Source: an uncultured Planctomycetales bacterium (GTDB lineage: Bacteria > Omnitrophota > Gorgyraeia > Gygaellales > Profunditerraquicolaceae). Taken from it: a DNA stretch of 64,000 bases. Under the pieces are notes generated by a model. The model was not told the origin of the DNA. It did not search any database and was given only the letters and a program-made list of their open reading frames with translations. The position numbers and the translations under genes are program-made. The DNA lies in assembly GCA_964542785.1 (NCBI GenBank), contig CAZIUK010000001.1:5115-69114 (forward strand). The letters run 5' to 3'. Shown here one piece after another: positions 37,801 to 47,396 of the stretch. Each line of letters opens with the position of its first letter. The stretch's first letter is position 1.

Positions 37801-38724
37801 ATGGTAAAAAAATATTCTTATTTAATTTTATTTTTTTTATTTTTTTTATTTAACGTTACTCTTGCCGCAGAAGTAAAAGAAGAAGAGAGTAAAGCTTTGT
37901 TCCGGCAGCGCTTAGGGGAGTTTATTGCTTATGAAAAGCCTAAAGAGGATTTTGCTTGTGAGCTGGATACCTATCTTAAATATATCCCGTCAAGAAAGGA
38001 TAAAACTAATTCAGGGAGTATCTCAATAGTTCAGTCTGCGGCTGAATATAGTCATGATTTAAAGATAAAAGATACGCTCCCCCTACAGTTAGGAGTAGAA
38101 ACAAAATATACTGGTATCAATAACACGACAAAGCTTAAGCTTCCTTCAAGCCTTACCTTTGCTGCATTTGGAGCAGAGGTTACCTTGCCTTTTTTTACAC
38201 TTAAGGATAATTATTTCCGTATAAACATAGCTCCTTCTTTATTCGGTTCAAGGTGGAATTTCCGCGCTTCAAGTTTTAGGCTCTTACAGCAGTATTTTAT
38301 TATCTCTCAACCTAATGAGTATCTGACCTTGCTTTTAGGGGTGGCTGTATTTCCGGATTTTGAGGATAAGGTATTGCCTTTGTTTGGTTTTATCTGGGAG
38401 CCAAATGATAAGATTAGTTTTAATATTATCCCGAAGAACCCCAATATAACTTATTCTCTAAATAAAAGGCTTGAGTTTTTCTTAGAGGGGGATATTGACC
38501 TTGGTGAATATGAGGTTGATAGAGGGGAAGAAAAAAATTTAGTATTAAAATATAGCCAGACAATAGCAGGTTTAGGCTTTCGGTATAATATAAATAAAAA
38601 TACCCAGTTTTTGTTTTCTACGGGCGGGGTTTTCAACCGTTCCTTAGAATACCGCGATGGTTCTGGAAAGGTAAGTATTAAAAACGGAGCTTATATACAT
38701 TGCCAATTTCAGGTAAGAATATAA
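37801..38724 (+). CDS. Hypothetical secreted / outer-membrane beta-barrel-like protein
   Basis: Cleavable signal peptide (MVKKYSYLILFFLFFLFNVTLAAEV) and alternating hydrophobic beta-strand pattern. No family recognised. Confidence 0.45.
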   Translation: MVKKYSYLILFFLFFLFNVTLAAEVKEEESKALFRQRLGEFIAYEKPKEDFACELDTYLKYIPSRKDKTNSGSISIVQSAAEYSHDLKIKDTLPLQLGVETKYTGINNTTKLKLPSSLTFAAFGAEVTLPFFTLKDNYFRINIAPSLFGSRWNFRASSFRLLQQYFIISQPNEYLTLLLGVAVFPDFEDKVLPLFGFIWEPNDKISFNIIPKNPNITYSLNKRLEFFLEGDIDLGEYEVDRGEEKNLVLKYSQTIAGLGFRYNINKNTQFLFSTGGVFNRSLEYRDGSGKVSIKNGAYIHCQFQVRI

Positions 38725-39365
38725 CAGCGCTTAAGGTTTTTGGTTTAATTAAAAAACAGGCAAAGCAGTTTCAGTTGCCTCTTCTTAACAGGTTTTTTAT
38801 ATCAAGTACCCCGTATAAAATTTTGGTATCCTGTATCTTATCTTTACGCACCAAGGATAAGGTTACGCAAGAAGCCTCAGTTAAGTTATTTAACCTTGCT
38901 TCTACTGCGCAGGGTATGTTAAAATTGCCTATAGGTAAGATTAAGAGGGCAATATACCCGGTAGGTTTTTATCGCAAGAAAGCAGGGGTAATTTTAAGTT
39001 TAAGTAAAAAGATTATTGATGATTTTGATGGGATAGTCCCTTCTTGTAGAGAGGATTTATTATCTTTAAAAGGGGTGGGTAGAAAGACTGCCAATTTAGT
39101 CTTGGGGTTAGGGTTTAATGTCCCGGCGATATGCGTAGATATCCACGTTCATAGGATATCTAACCGTTTAGGGTGGGTTAAGTCAAAATCACCGGAAGAG
39201 ACAGAGATTAAGCTAATGAAGATTTTCTCAAAGAGCGTTTGGATAGAATTAAATGAGGTTTTAGTTTCCTTTGGGCAAAATTTATGCCTGCCTGTTTCTC
39301 CGTTTTGTAGCAAATGTTTGGTAGCTAAATTTTGTAAGAGGGCAGGAGTTTTAAAAAGCCGTTAA
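38700..39365 (+). CDS. nth: Endonuclease III-like HhH-GPD DNA glycosylase with a 4Fe-4S cluster loop
   Basis: ...LKGVGRKTANLVL...; C-x6-C-x2-C-x5-C (CLPVSPFCSKCLVAKFC). Confidence 0.75.
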   Translation: MPISGKNITALKVFGLIKKQAKQFQLPLLNRFFISSTPYKILVSCILSLRTKDKVTQEASVKLFNLASTAQGMLKLPIGKIKRAIYPVGFYRKKAGVILSLSKKIIDDFDGIVPSCREDLLSLKGVGRKTANLVLGLGFNVPAICVDIHVHRISNRLGWVKSKSPEETEIKLMKIFSKSVWIELNEVLVSFGQNLCLPVSPFCSKCLVAKFCKRAGVLKSR

Positions 39366-39382
39366 GAGAAAGGAATTGAAAG

Positions 39383-40771
39383 ATGAAAGAGGTAAAAATC
39401 TTTTTAAAAGAAAAAGATATGCCGCGTAAGTGGTATAATTTGGCTGCGGATTTACCGGGGGCAATAGAGCCTCCTTTAGGCCCGGATGGGGAGCCTATAA
39501 CTCCGGATATGTTAGCAAGGATCTTTCCGATGAACTTAATTGAGCAGGAGGCCTCAGTTAAGCGTTGGATAGATATACCCGAAGAGGTAATTAATATACT
39601 CTTACGCTGGCGGCCGGCTCCTTTGCGCCGTGCTGTATATCTGGAAGAATACCTAAAGACACCGGCACGTATTTACTATAAAGATGAGTCTTTAAGTCCG
39701 GCAGGCTCGCATAAGCCGAATACCGCCGTAGCGCAGGCCTGGTATAATAAAAAGTTTGGGATAAAAAAGATTACCACCGAGACTGGGGCAGGGCAATGGG
39801 GGTCTGCTTTGGCTTTTGCCTGTAATATATTAAAATTAGAATGCAAGGTTTATATGGTGCGTATCAGTTTTGACCAGAAGCCGATGCGTAAACTTATGAT
39901 GCAGGTTTGGGGGGCAAGGTGTATTGCCAGCCCAAGTAAAGAGACTAAGGCTGGAAGGGACATACTGAAAAAAATGCCCAATACCCCGGGGAGTTTAGGC
40001 ATTGCAATCAGTGAGGCGATAGAAGAGGCAGTATCTGATAAGAGTGGAAAGACCCGCTATTCTTTAGGAAGCGTCCTAAACCATGTCCTATTGCATCAGA
40101 CCATTATTGGCTTAGAGGCTAAGAAGCAGTTGCATTTAGCAGGAGAGAAGAAACCGGATGTAATTATTGGCTGTGTCGGAGGAGGGAGTAATTTTGCCGG
40201 GATTGCCTTTCCTTTTGTTTACGATAAGATACATGGAGAAAAAATAGAGATTATACCAGTTGAGCCGACTGCTTGCCCTACTTTAACCCGTGGGCCTTTT
40301 GCCTATGATTACGGGGATACTGCTGGGATGACTCCACTCTTGCCGATGTTTACCTTAGGGCATAACTTTATCCCTGAGCCTATACATGCAGGAGGATTGC
40401 GCTATCATGGTATGGCTCCTTTGATAAGCCATGCGATTATGGATGGATTATTTAAGCCTAAAGCTTATGATCAGGTAAAATGTTACAATTCAGCTTTTAT
40501 CTGGGCAAAGACAGAAGGGACTGTCCCTGCTCCCGAGACCTCGCATGCTATCGCCTGCGCAATTGATGAGGCATTAAAGGCAAAGAGGGAGAAGAATCGC
40601 AAGGTTATACTTTTTAATTATAGCGGGCATGGCTTAATGGATTTAGCCGGCTATGAAAAATTCTTAAGCGGGAAGTTAGCTAAATACCATCTTCCCGAAG
40701 AAGACCTAAAGGCATCCCTTGATGCAATAAAGAGGTTTCCTAAACCTAAGAGAAAAAAGAAAGAAGGTTAA
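39383..40771 (+). CDS. TrpB2-type tryptophan synthase beta-like PLP enzyme (stand-alone)
   Basis: N-terminus ...[22 protein letters not shown]... characteristic of TrpB2; ...GSHKPN... PLP lysine region. Confidence 0.8.
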   Translation: MKEVKIFLKEKDMPRKWYNLAADLPGAIEPPLGPDGEPITPDMLARIFPMNLIEQEASVKRWIDIPEEVINILLRWRPAPLRRAVYLEEYLKTPARIYYKDESLSPAGSHKPNTAVAQAWYNKKFGIKKITTETGAGQWGSALAFACNILKLECKVYMVRISFDQKPMRKLMMQVWGARCIASPSKETKAGRDILKKMPNTPGSLGIAISEAIEEAVSDKSGKTRYSLGSVLNHVLLHQTIIGLEAKKQLHLAGEKKPDVIIGCVGGGSNFAGIAFPFVYDKIHGEKIEIIPVEPTACPTLTRGPFAYDYGDTAGMTPLLPMFTLGHNFIPEPIHAGGLRYHGMAPLISHAIMDGLFKPKAYDQVKCYNSAFIWAKTEGTVPAPETSHAIACAIDEALKAKREKNRKVILFNYSGHGLMDLAGYEKFLSGKLAKYHLPEEDLKASLDAIKRFPKPKRKKKEG

Positions 40772-40774
40772 TTC

Positions 40775-41191
40775 ATGAAAAGCTATACTCAATATCTTGT
40801 ATTTAATACTGACAAACGCTATGAGATTTTGAATATTACAGAAGAGGTTGAAGGCGCGGTTAAAAAAAGTGGCATTAGAGAGGGCTTATGCCTTGTTAAC
40901 GCTATGCATATTACTGCATCAGTTTTTATTAATGATGATGAGGGTGGGTTACATCAGGATTTCTTAGATTGGCTTGAAAAACTTGCCCCTTATGGAAAGG
41001 ATAAGTACAGACATAATTTAACCGGAGAAGACAATGGAGATGCGCATTTGAAACGCACTATTATGGGTAGGGAAGTAGTTTGCGCAATTACTAATGGTAA
41101 GCTTGATTTTGGGCCGTGGGAGCAGATATTTTACGGAGAGTTTGATGGACAGCGCAAGAAGAGAGTTTTAGTTAAGATAATTGGAGAATAA
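40775..41191 (+). CDS. YjbQ/UPF0047 family protein
   Basis: ~138 aa; ...[25 protein letters not shown].... Confidence 0.75.
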   Translation: MKSYTQYLVFNTDKRYEILNITEEVEGAVKKSGIREGLCLVNAMHITASVFINDDEGGLHQDFLDWLEKLAPYGKDKYRHNLTGEDNGDAHLKRTIMGREVVCAITNGKLDFGPWEQIFYGEFDGQRKKRVLVKIIGE

Positions 41192-41197
41192 GAGAAG

Positions 41198-42130
41198 ATG
41201 TCAATAAGAATTAAGGATACTCAGATAAAGGTAGTAATGGGTGATATTACCGAGCTTAATGCGGAGGCTATTGTAAATGCCGCAAATAACAAAGGGTTAA
41301 TGGGTGGAGGGGTTGCAAAAGCTATAAAGAAAAAAGGGGGCAAGATTATTGAGGATGAGGCAGTAAAGAAGTGTCCGATAGGTATTGGCGAGGCGATATT
41401 TACTACTGCCGGGGCATTAAAGGCCAAATATATTATCCACGCCTCAACTATGGGTATGGATTTTAAGACTGATGAAAAAAAGATACGTAATTCCTGCAAG
41501 AACTCGCTTAAGGTAGCAGATGGATTAAAGGTTAGGTCCATTGTCTTTCCTGCTTTAGGTTGCGGTACTGGGGGTTTTTCTCTTTTAGCCTCGGCTAAGA
41601 TTATGGCGCAGGAAGTTTGGCGGTATATAAGAGAAGAGGGGACAGGAGTAAAAGAGATAACTTTCTGCCTCTATGATAAAGAGGCTTATGAGGTATTTAA
41701 GAGGGGGGTTATAAGTTATCTTGAGCACATCCTAAATAAACTTCAAAATGGGCCTTTTACAACCGTTGATGTTATTATTGAGATAGGCGGCGGAGTAGTT
41801 GTAATTCAAAGGAGTAATCCGCCTTTTGGTTGGGCGCTTCCCGGAGGTTTTGTTGACTACGGAGAGAGCCTTGAAGAGGCAGTAGTAAGGGAGGCAAAAG
41901 AAGAGACGAATTTAGATATAACCGATATAAAACAACTTCACACCTACTCTGACCCTAAGCGCGATGCGCGCTTTCATACTATCAGCACAGTCTTTATAGC
42001 TAAGGCAAAAGGAACTCCTAAAGCCGGGGATGATGCTGCCGGGGTAAAGGTTGTAAGTTTAAAAGATATAGAAGATTACGATTTTGCTTTTGACCATAAA
42101 GAGATTTTAAGAGATTATTTAAAATATTAA
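41198..42130 (+). CDS. Macro domain (ADP-ribose binding / deacetylase) fused to a NUDIX hydrolase
   Basis: Macro: ...GDITELNAEAIVNAANNKGLMGGGVAKAI.... Nudix box: ...GGFVDYGESLEEAVVREAKEETNL.... Confidence 0.75.
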   Translation: MSIRIKDTQIKVVMGDITELNAEAIVNAANNKGLMGGGVAKAIKKKGGKIIEDEAVKKCPIGIGEAIFTTAGALKAKYIIHASTMGMDFKTDEKKIRNSCKNSLKVADGLKVRSIVFPALGCGTGGFSLLASAKIMAQEVWRYIREEGTGVKEITFCLYDKEAYEVFKRGVISYLEHILNKLQNGPFTTVDVIIEIGGGVVVIQRSNPPFGWALPGGFVDYGESLEEAVVREAKEETNLDITDIKQLHTYSDPKRDARFHTISTVFIAKAKGTPKAGDDAAGVKVVSLKDIEDYDFAFDHKEILRDYLKY

Positions 42131-44007
42131 CCTTCACGTAGCTGTTTCTCCGCGTCAACTACATCGCGGTTAATAACGCGGATTGCCTCTTTTATCCTAT
42201 CTTTTAAAAGGTAGGATACAACCTCTGCTTCTGATATCTCCCTTAGTATCTGAACACTCATCCTAAAATAGCGCACAACCTCTCCCTCGTCTGTATCGCT
42301 GAAGCGCAGTATCTTATCAAAGCTCGTTCCCCTTAGCCACGCCTCCATAGTAGTGCTTAAGTTAAAATAAGGGAGCTTACTGAAAGGGTAAATCTTAAAA
42401 CGTTGTTCCTTTTTTTTAATCTTATCATAGATATCTTCGCAGATACTTTTTAGGTTACGGGAGGATTTTGAAAGACTTAAAGAGTGGCGCTGATCTTTTC
42501 TCGGCTCAAAGACAAGTGAAGAAGCAATTACTCCTAACTCAGATTCATTTAGCTGTTCTAATATCTTCTGCTCATATAACTCGCTTAAGATAAGTTCATA
42601 CCCGTAGGCAGTCTTAGCAAACGACCCTTTTTGAGTTAAAGTATTGTCGTATATATGCCCCCAGTCTTTAAGGAGCTTAAGTTTTGATTCAATTAATCTT
42701 AATGCCTCATTTTGCTCATTTTTACGCGATTGAAAGTAATGCAAGGAGAGAGGATAAATTTTAAATAGTTCGTCTTTGTATTTTTCGTATAAGTTAAGGA
42801 TAGTCGCGTAAGAGGTATTTAGTTGGCTCTTTACCTCTTCCGCAGGCCCGTAGATTATTCTTTTTGCCTCTTCAATACGCATGCGGTGTAAGTTTATGCG
42901 CGGATAAACAAATCCCTCTGTGTCTATCCCGCGCCTTCCTGCGCGCCCTGCCATCTGATAGAAGTCGCGCGTTTTTAGGTTGCGCACATACCTGCCATAA
43001 AACTTACGCAAGCCGTCAAAGATTACAGAACGGGAGGGCATATTTATCCCTAAGGCAAAGGTCTCAGTAGTAAATATCACCTTTAGCAATTTACTGGTAA
43101 AGAGGCGTTCAATAACCTCTTTTAATGTCGGGAGCATTCCGGCGTGATGGTAAGCAATGCCTTGTTGTATAAATTGGTATAGGTTTTGGGCGGTGCGGTC
43201 GGATTTTAATTGAAAGCGCTCGCAAAGCGAAAGGTAAAGGTTGGTTATTTTTACCCTTTCGTCTTTATTTAAGAAAGAGATACTTGCTAACTCTTCTGCC
43301 AACTCTTCTGCGCGCCTCCTTCCAAAGACAAAGTATATGCAAGGTAACCCTTCTTGGGAGCGTATGTGATTAATCAAAAAAGAGAGCCGCTTAGGTTTTA
43401 TAAATTTAAACCTTTTAAGGCTGTCAATCTTATCTACCACCCCGTCTCCTGCGGGAAAGAAAAAATGAAGAGGGACGGGGCGTTTATTTTCTATTACTGT
43501 CTTTATGGGCTTATCATGTATGGATTCAATCCAAGAGGCGAATTGTTTTATATTTGGTATGGTTGCGGAGAGCCCGAGTATGTTCATATGTTTTGGCAGG
43601 AATATTAAAGATTCTTCCCAGACTGTCCCGCGTTCAGGGTTATCAATATAGTGTATCTCATCAAAGATAACCCATGAGTATTTTTTTAAAGAATCCGGTT
43701 CATCAAGGATTTTATTACGGAGTATCTCGGTAGTCATTATCAGAACCGGAGCAAGTGGGTTTAAAGATACGTCCCCGGTTAATATACCGATATTATCCTG
43801 AAATTTCCCCTGAAAATCCCGAAACTTTTGGTTAGATAATGCTTTAATCGGAGCGGTATAGATAACCCCTATTTTTTTCTCTAAGGAATTTTTAATTACA
43901 TGTTCGGCTATCGCAGTCTTTCCTGCGCCTGTGGGCGCTGAGACTATTACTGAGTGTTCGTTATTTATATGGTTAATAGCCTCTTTTTGAAAATGGTCGT
44001 ATATCAT
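42127..44007 (-). CDS. Ski2/HelY-like superfamily-2 DExH helicase
   Basis: Walker A APTGAGKT, DEIH box (FDEIHYI), SAT motif, and a C-terminal DSHCT-like region. Confidence 0.8.
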   Translation of the reverse strand: MIYDHFQKEAINHINNEHSVIVSAPTGAGKTAIAEHVIKNSLEKKIGVIYTAPIKALSNQKFRDFQGKFQDNIGILTGDVSLNPLAPVLIMTTEILRNKILDEPDSLKKYSWVIFDEIHYIDNPERGTVWEESLIFLPKHMNILGLSATIPNIKQFASWIESIHDKPIKTVIENKRPVPLHFFFPAGDGVVDKIDSLKRFKFIKPKRLSFLINHIRSQEGLPCIYFVFGRRRAEELAEELASISFLNKDERVKITNLYLSLCERFQLKSDRTAQNLYQFIQQGIAYHHAGMLPTLKEVIERLFTSKLLKVIFTTETFALGINMPSRSVIFDGLRKFYGRYVRNLKTRDFYQMAGRAGRRGIDTEGFVYPRINLHRMRIEEAKRIIYGPAEEVKSQLNTSYATILNLYEKYKDELFKIYPLSLHYFQSRKNEQNEALRLIESKLKLLKDWGHIYDNTLTQKGSFAKTAYGYELILSELYEQKILEQLNESELGVIASSLVFEPRKDQRHSLSLSKSSRNLKSICEDIYDKIKKKEQRFKIYPFSKLPYFNLSTTMEAWLRGTSFDKILRFSDTDEGEVVRYFRMSVQILREISEAEVVSYLLKDRIKEAIRVINRDVVDAEKQLREG

Positions 44008-44154
44008 ATCTATCTTTCTAAAATCTTATATCCCTTAAACTTTGCCTTACCTTAGAGCCATCCTTATTATAATCTAAAATCATTGATTTATCTAATAAAA
44101 ATAGTAAAATAAATGAAAGATATTTTATTTATTCTTTAAAAAATAGGGGTAGCG

Positions 44155-44691
44155 TTGAAGTTAAAGGCATTTCTTATCCTAACTATCATTATTGCAATTT
44201 CTTGCGGTTTGCTTTACGCAGGGAGTTTAACTTTTAAAAATCCTTTTAACCAAGAGGTTAACTATTCGGATATTCTGGTAAAAAGGGTAATAGACGGAGA
44301 TACTCTCCTCTTGGAGAATAAAGAGAGGGTGAGGCTTATTGGGATTGATACCCCTGAGATGCATGATTCTGATAAGTTATTGCGCGACTCTAAGCGTAGC
44401 CGCCAAAGTATGGCAGAGATTAAGGCGATGGGTAGAAAATCCTATGAGTTTACCCGTAGGCTTCTTGAGGGTAAGAGGGTGCGCTTGGAGTTTGATGTAG
44501 AGAAGCGTGATAAATACAACCGGCTCCTTGCTTATATTTATTTAGAAGACGGGACATTTGTAAATGCCAAGATAGTAGAAGAGGGATACGCTTCAATTAT
44601 GTCTTTTCCCCCAAATATAAAATATGCGGACTTTTTTGTTATGCTTTATCGTCAGGCGCGCGAGAATAAGCGCGGGCTCTGGAAAGATTAG
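44155..44691 (+). CDS. Thermonuclease (SNase-like) family protein, TTG start
   Basis: ...VIDGDTLLLENKERVRLIGIDTPEM...; signal peptide. Confidence 0.7.
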   Translation: MKLKAFLILTIIIAISCGLLYAGSLTFKNPFNQEVNYSDILVKRVIDGDTLLLENKERVRLIGIDTPEMHDSDKLLRDSKRSRQSMAEIKAMGRKSYEFTRRLLEGKRVRLEFDVEKRDKYNRLLAYIYLEDGTFVNAKIVEEGYASIMSFPPNIKYADFFVMLYRQARENKRGLWKD

Positions 44692-44700
44692 GAGGTAATT

Positions 44701-45741
44701 ATGTTAAGGTATTTAACAGCCGGGGAGTCGCACGGCAAGGCAATTGTTGCTATCTTAGAGGGCCTGCCTGCGGGGTTAAAGATAGACCCTCTTAAGATAA
44801 ATTATGAGTTAAGGCGCAGGCAAGAGGGGTTTGGCAGGGGTAAGCGGATGCAGATTGAAAAAGACCAGGTAGAGTTGCTCTCCGGCTTAAAAAATAATAC
44901 AACCCTTGGTAGTCCGATTGCTTTATTGGTTAAGAACAAAGATTTTAGTATTGAAAAATTGCATAAGGTTTTATCTCCCCGCCCAGGACATGCGGATTTA
45001 GCAGGACTTTTAAAATACGGGTTTACTGATATACGTCAAGTTTTAGAGCGCGCCTCAGCAAGAAGTACGGCTGCTATCGTAGGGGTAGGGGCTTTATGTA
45101 AGATTCTTTTAAGCGAGTTTAAAATAGGTATTGCAAGTAAAGTTTTGTCTATTAAGGGAGAAGCCTCTTCTTATGGAATGAAAGAGGCAGTAAAAGAAGC
45201 CATAAAAAGAAAAGATACCGTAGGCGGGGTATTTGAGGTTAGGGTTAAAGGAGCGCCTGTAGGCTTAGGTAGTTATGTTCAGCCTGATAAGAGGCTTGAC
45301 GCAAAATTAGCGCAGGCAGTTGTCTCTATTCCCGGGGTAAAGGCAATAGAGATAGGGCTTGGATTTGGCTATGCTGAAAGTTTTGGCTCAGAGGCGCATG
45401 ACGCTATATACAGCAATAAGAAAAAAGGATACATGCGTAAGAGCAATAATGCCGGAGGAATTGAGGGCGGGGTATCAAACGGAGAGGATATAGTCTTGCG
45501 TGCTTGTATGAAGCCGATTAGCACTTTAATTAATCCTCTTGATTCAGTTAATATAAAAACAGGCAAGCCCTCTAAGGCAGCGGTAGAAAGGACTGATACC
45601 TGTGTGGTAGGCTCTGCAGGTGTTGTAGCCGAAGGAGCCTGCGCTTATGCCTTAGCCGAATTATTCTTAGATAAATTTGGCTCAGATTCTATTGCCGATA
45701 TAAAATTAAACTACAATAATTACTTGGGAAGAATTAGTTAG
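44701..45741 (+). CDS. aroC: Chorismate synthase
   Basis: MLRYLTAGESHGKA.... Confidence 0.9.
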   Translation: MLRYLTAGESHGKAIVAILEGLPAGLKIDPLKINYELRRRQEGFGRGKRMQIEKDQVELLSGLKNNTTLGSPIALLVKNKDFSIEKLHKVLSPRPGHADLAGLLKYGFTDIRQVLERASARSTAAIVGVGALCKILLSEFKIGIASKVLSIKGEASSYGMKEAVKEAIKRKDTVGGVFEVRVKGAPVGLGSYVQPDKRLDAKLAQAVVSIPGVKAIEIGLGFGYAESFGSEAHDAIYSNKKKGYMRKSNNAGGIEGGVSNGEDIVLRACMKPISTLINPLDSVNIKTGKPSKAAVERTDTCVVGSAGVVAEGACAYALAELFLDKFGSDSIADIKLNYNNYLGRIS

Positions 45742-45780
45742 ATTTGTTCATCTCCTTCGTCTATTGTTTTTAGAAGGAGG

Positions 45781-46308
45781 ATGGTTAGGATTAAGGCATT
45801 GAAGATGAAGAATATTTATCTAGTTGGGTTTATGGGGACAGGAAAGACTACAGTTGGGAGAGAATTAGCCAGGAAGAAAAAATGGCGCTTTGTTGATTTA
45901 GATGAGTTGATTGAGTTAAGAGAAGGCAGAAGTATAGCGGATATATTCAGCAAAAAAGGAGAGCTATACTTTAGGGCTTTAGAGAAAAAGATATTAAAAG
46001 AGATCTCTTTAGAGAAGGGATTTGTGGTATCCTGCGGAGGCGGAATTGTCTGTGATGAGGATAATATTAGAGTTATGAAAGAGACAGGCATGGTTATCTG
46101 TCTTAAGGCTCAACCTTCTGTAATTTTAAAGAGGACAAAAAGATTAAACTCAAGGCCTCTTCTTAACGTGAATAACCCTAAAGAGAAGATAAACCTCTTA
46201 TTAAAATTGCGCGCTCCTTATTACGCAAAGGCGGATAAACTCATAGATACATCAAAACTTTCAATATCTAAGGTTGCAGAAGAGGTTTTAAGGTTAATGA
46301 AAAGATGA
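45781..46308 (+). CDS. aroK: Shikimate kinase (the start may be the internal ATG at 45805)
   Basis: ...IYLVGFMGTGKTTVGRELA.... Confidence 0.85.
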   Translation: MVRIKALKMKNIYLVGFMGTGKTTVGRELARKKKWRFVDLDELIELREGRSIADIFSKKGELYFRALEKKILKEISLEKGFVVSCGGGIVCDEDNIRVMKETGMVICLKAQPSVILKRTKRLNSRPLLNVNNPKEKINLLLKLRAPYYAKADKLIDTSKLSISKVAEEVLRLMKR

Positions 46309-47396
46309 ATATGGACAGGATAGAGTCATTGCTCGCCTTAAATATGGTAGGCGATATCGGAAGCGTAAGATTAAATAAGCTTTTGAGTATCTTTGGTTCT
46401 CCTGAAAATGTAATGCGCGCTAAACAGGAGGAGGTATCTAAAGTTTTCGGCATAGGAGAAGCTATAGCCAAAAAGATAACTTCGGTAAGTAGGGGGGATA
46501 TAGAAGAGGAGTTAAGTTTAGCTAAAAAATTAGGACTAAAGATAATTACTATTGAAAGTGAAGAATACCCTGCTAATCTTAAAAATATCCCCGCAGCTCC
46601 GATACTCCTTTATGTAAAGGGCGACATTATCCTGCAGGATAATATTGCCTTAGCTATTGTAGGTTCAAGAAGGGCTACTCTTTATGGGTTTACCCAAGCA
46701 GAGGAGTTTGCCTTTGCTTTGGCTGAACAGGGCTTTACTATTGTCTCTGGGTTAGCCCGGGGGATAGACACATATAGCCACCGTGGCGCGCTAAAAGCAG
46801 GTAAGCGGACTATAGCAGTAATCGGAAGCGGGTTAAATTGCATATACCCGCCTGAAAACTTAAAATTAGCCGATAAGATAGCTACGCAAGGCGCGATAAT
46901 TTCAGAGTTCCCCCTTAATACTAAGCCTCTACCGCATAATTTCCCCCGGCGTAACCGCTTAATAAGCGGGTTAAGCCTTGGGGTCTTAGTGGTAGAGGCA
47001 TCCCGCAATAGCGGAGCGCTTATAACCGCTGATTTTGCCCTTGAGCAGGGAAGAGAGGTCTTTTCAATACCGGGGAAGATTGATTCTATAAACTCTATCG
47101 GGACTAATGAGCTGATAAAGCAAGGCGCTAAATTAGTTACCGAAGTCAGCGATATAACTGAAGAGTTTTCTTTTCTTTCTAAGCCTCAAGAGAAGAGAGC
47201 TACAGAGGGTATTTATTCTAACAACAAGGAAGAGGATATCCTCTATGGGTTTATCTCTTCTGAGGCTTTACAGTTAGACGAGCTTGTAAGCATATCCGGG
47301 ATTAGTATCCCAGATATCTCTAATACGCTTTTTAAGCTTATTGCAAAAAAATTAGTAAAGGAACTTCCCGGAAAATATTATGTGAGGTGTTCGTAA
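46305..47396 (+). CDS. dprA: DNA processing protein DprA/Smf
   Basis: Rossmann-like DprA core ...IVSGLARGIDTYSHRGAL...GSGLNCIYP.... Confidence 0.85.
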   Translation: MNMDRIESLLALNMVGDIGSVRLNKLLSIFGSPENVMRAKQEEVSKVFGIGEAIAKKITSVSRGDIEEELSLAKKLGLKIITIESEEYPANLKNIPAAPILLYVKGDIILQDNIALAIVGSRRATLYGFTQAEEFAFALAEQGFTIVSGLARGIDTYSHRGALKAGKRTIAVIGSGLNCIYPPENLKLADKIATQGAIISEFPLNTKPLPHNFPRRNRLISGLSLGVLVVEASRNSGALITADFALEQGREVFSIPGKIDSINSIGTNELIKQGAKLVTEVSDITEEFSFLSKPQEKRATEGIYSNNKEEDILYGFISSEALQLDELVSISGISIPDISNTLFKLIAKKLVKELPGKYYVRCS

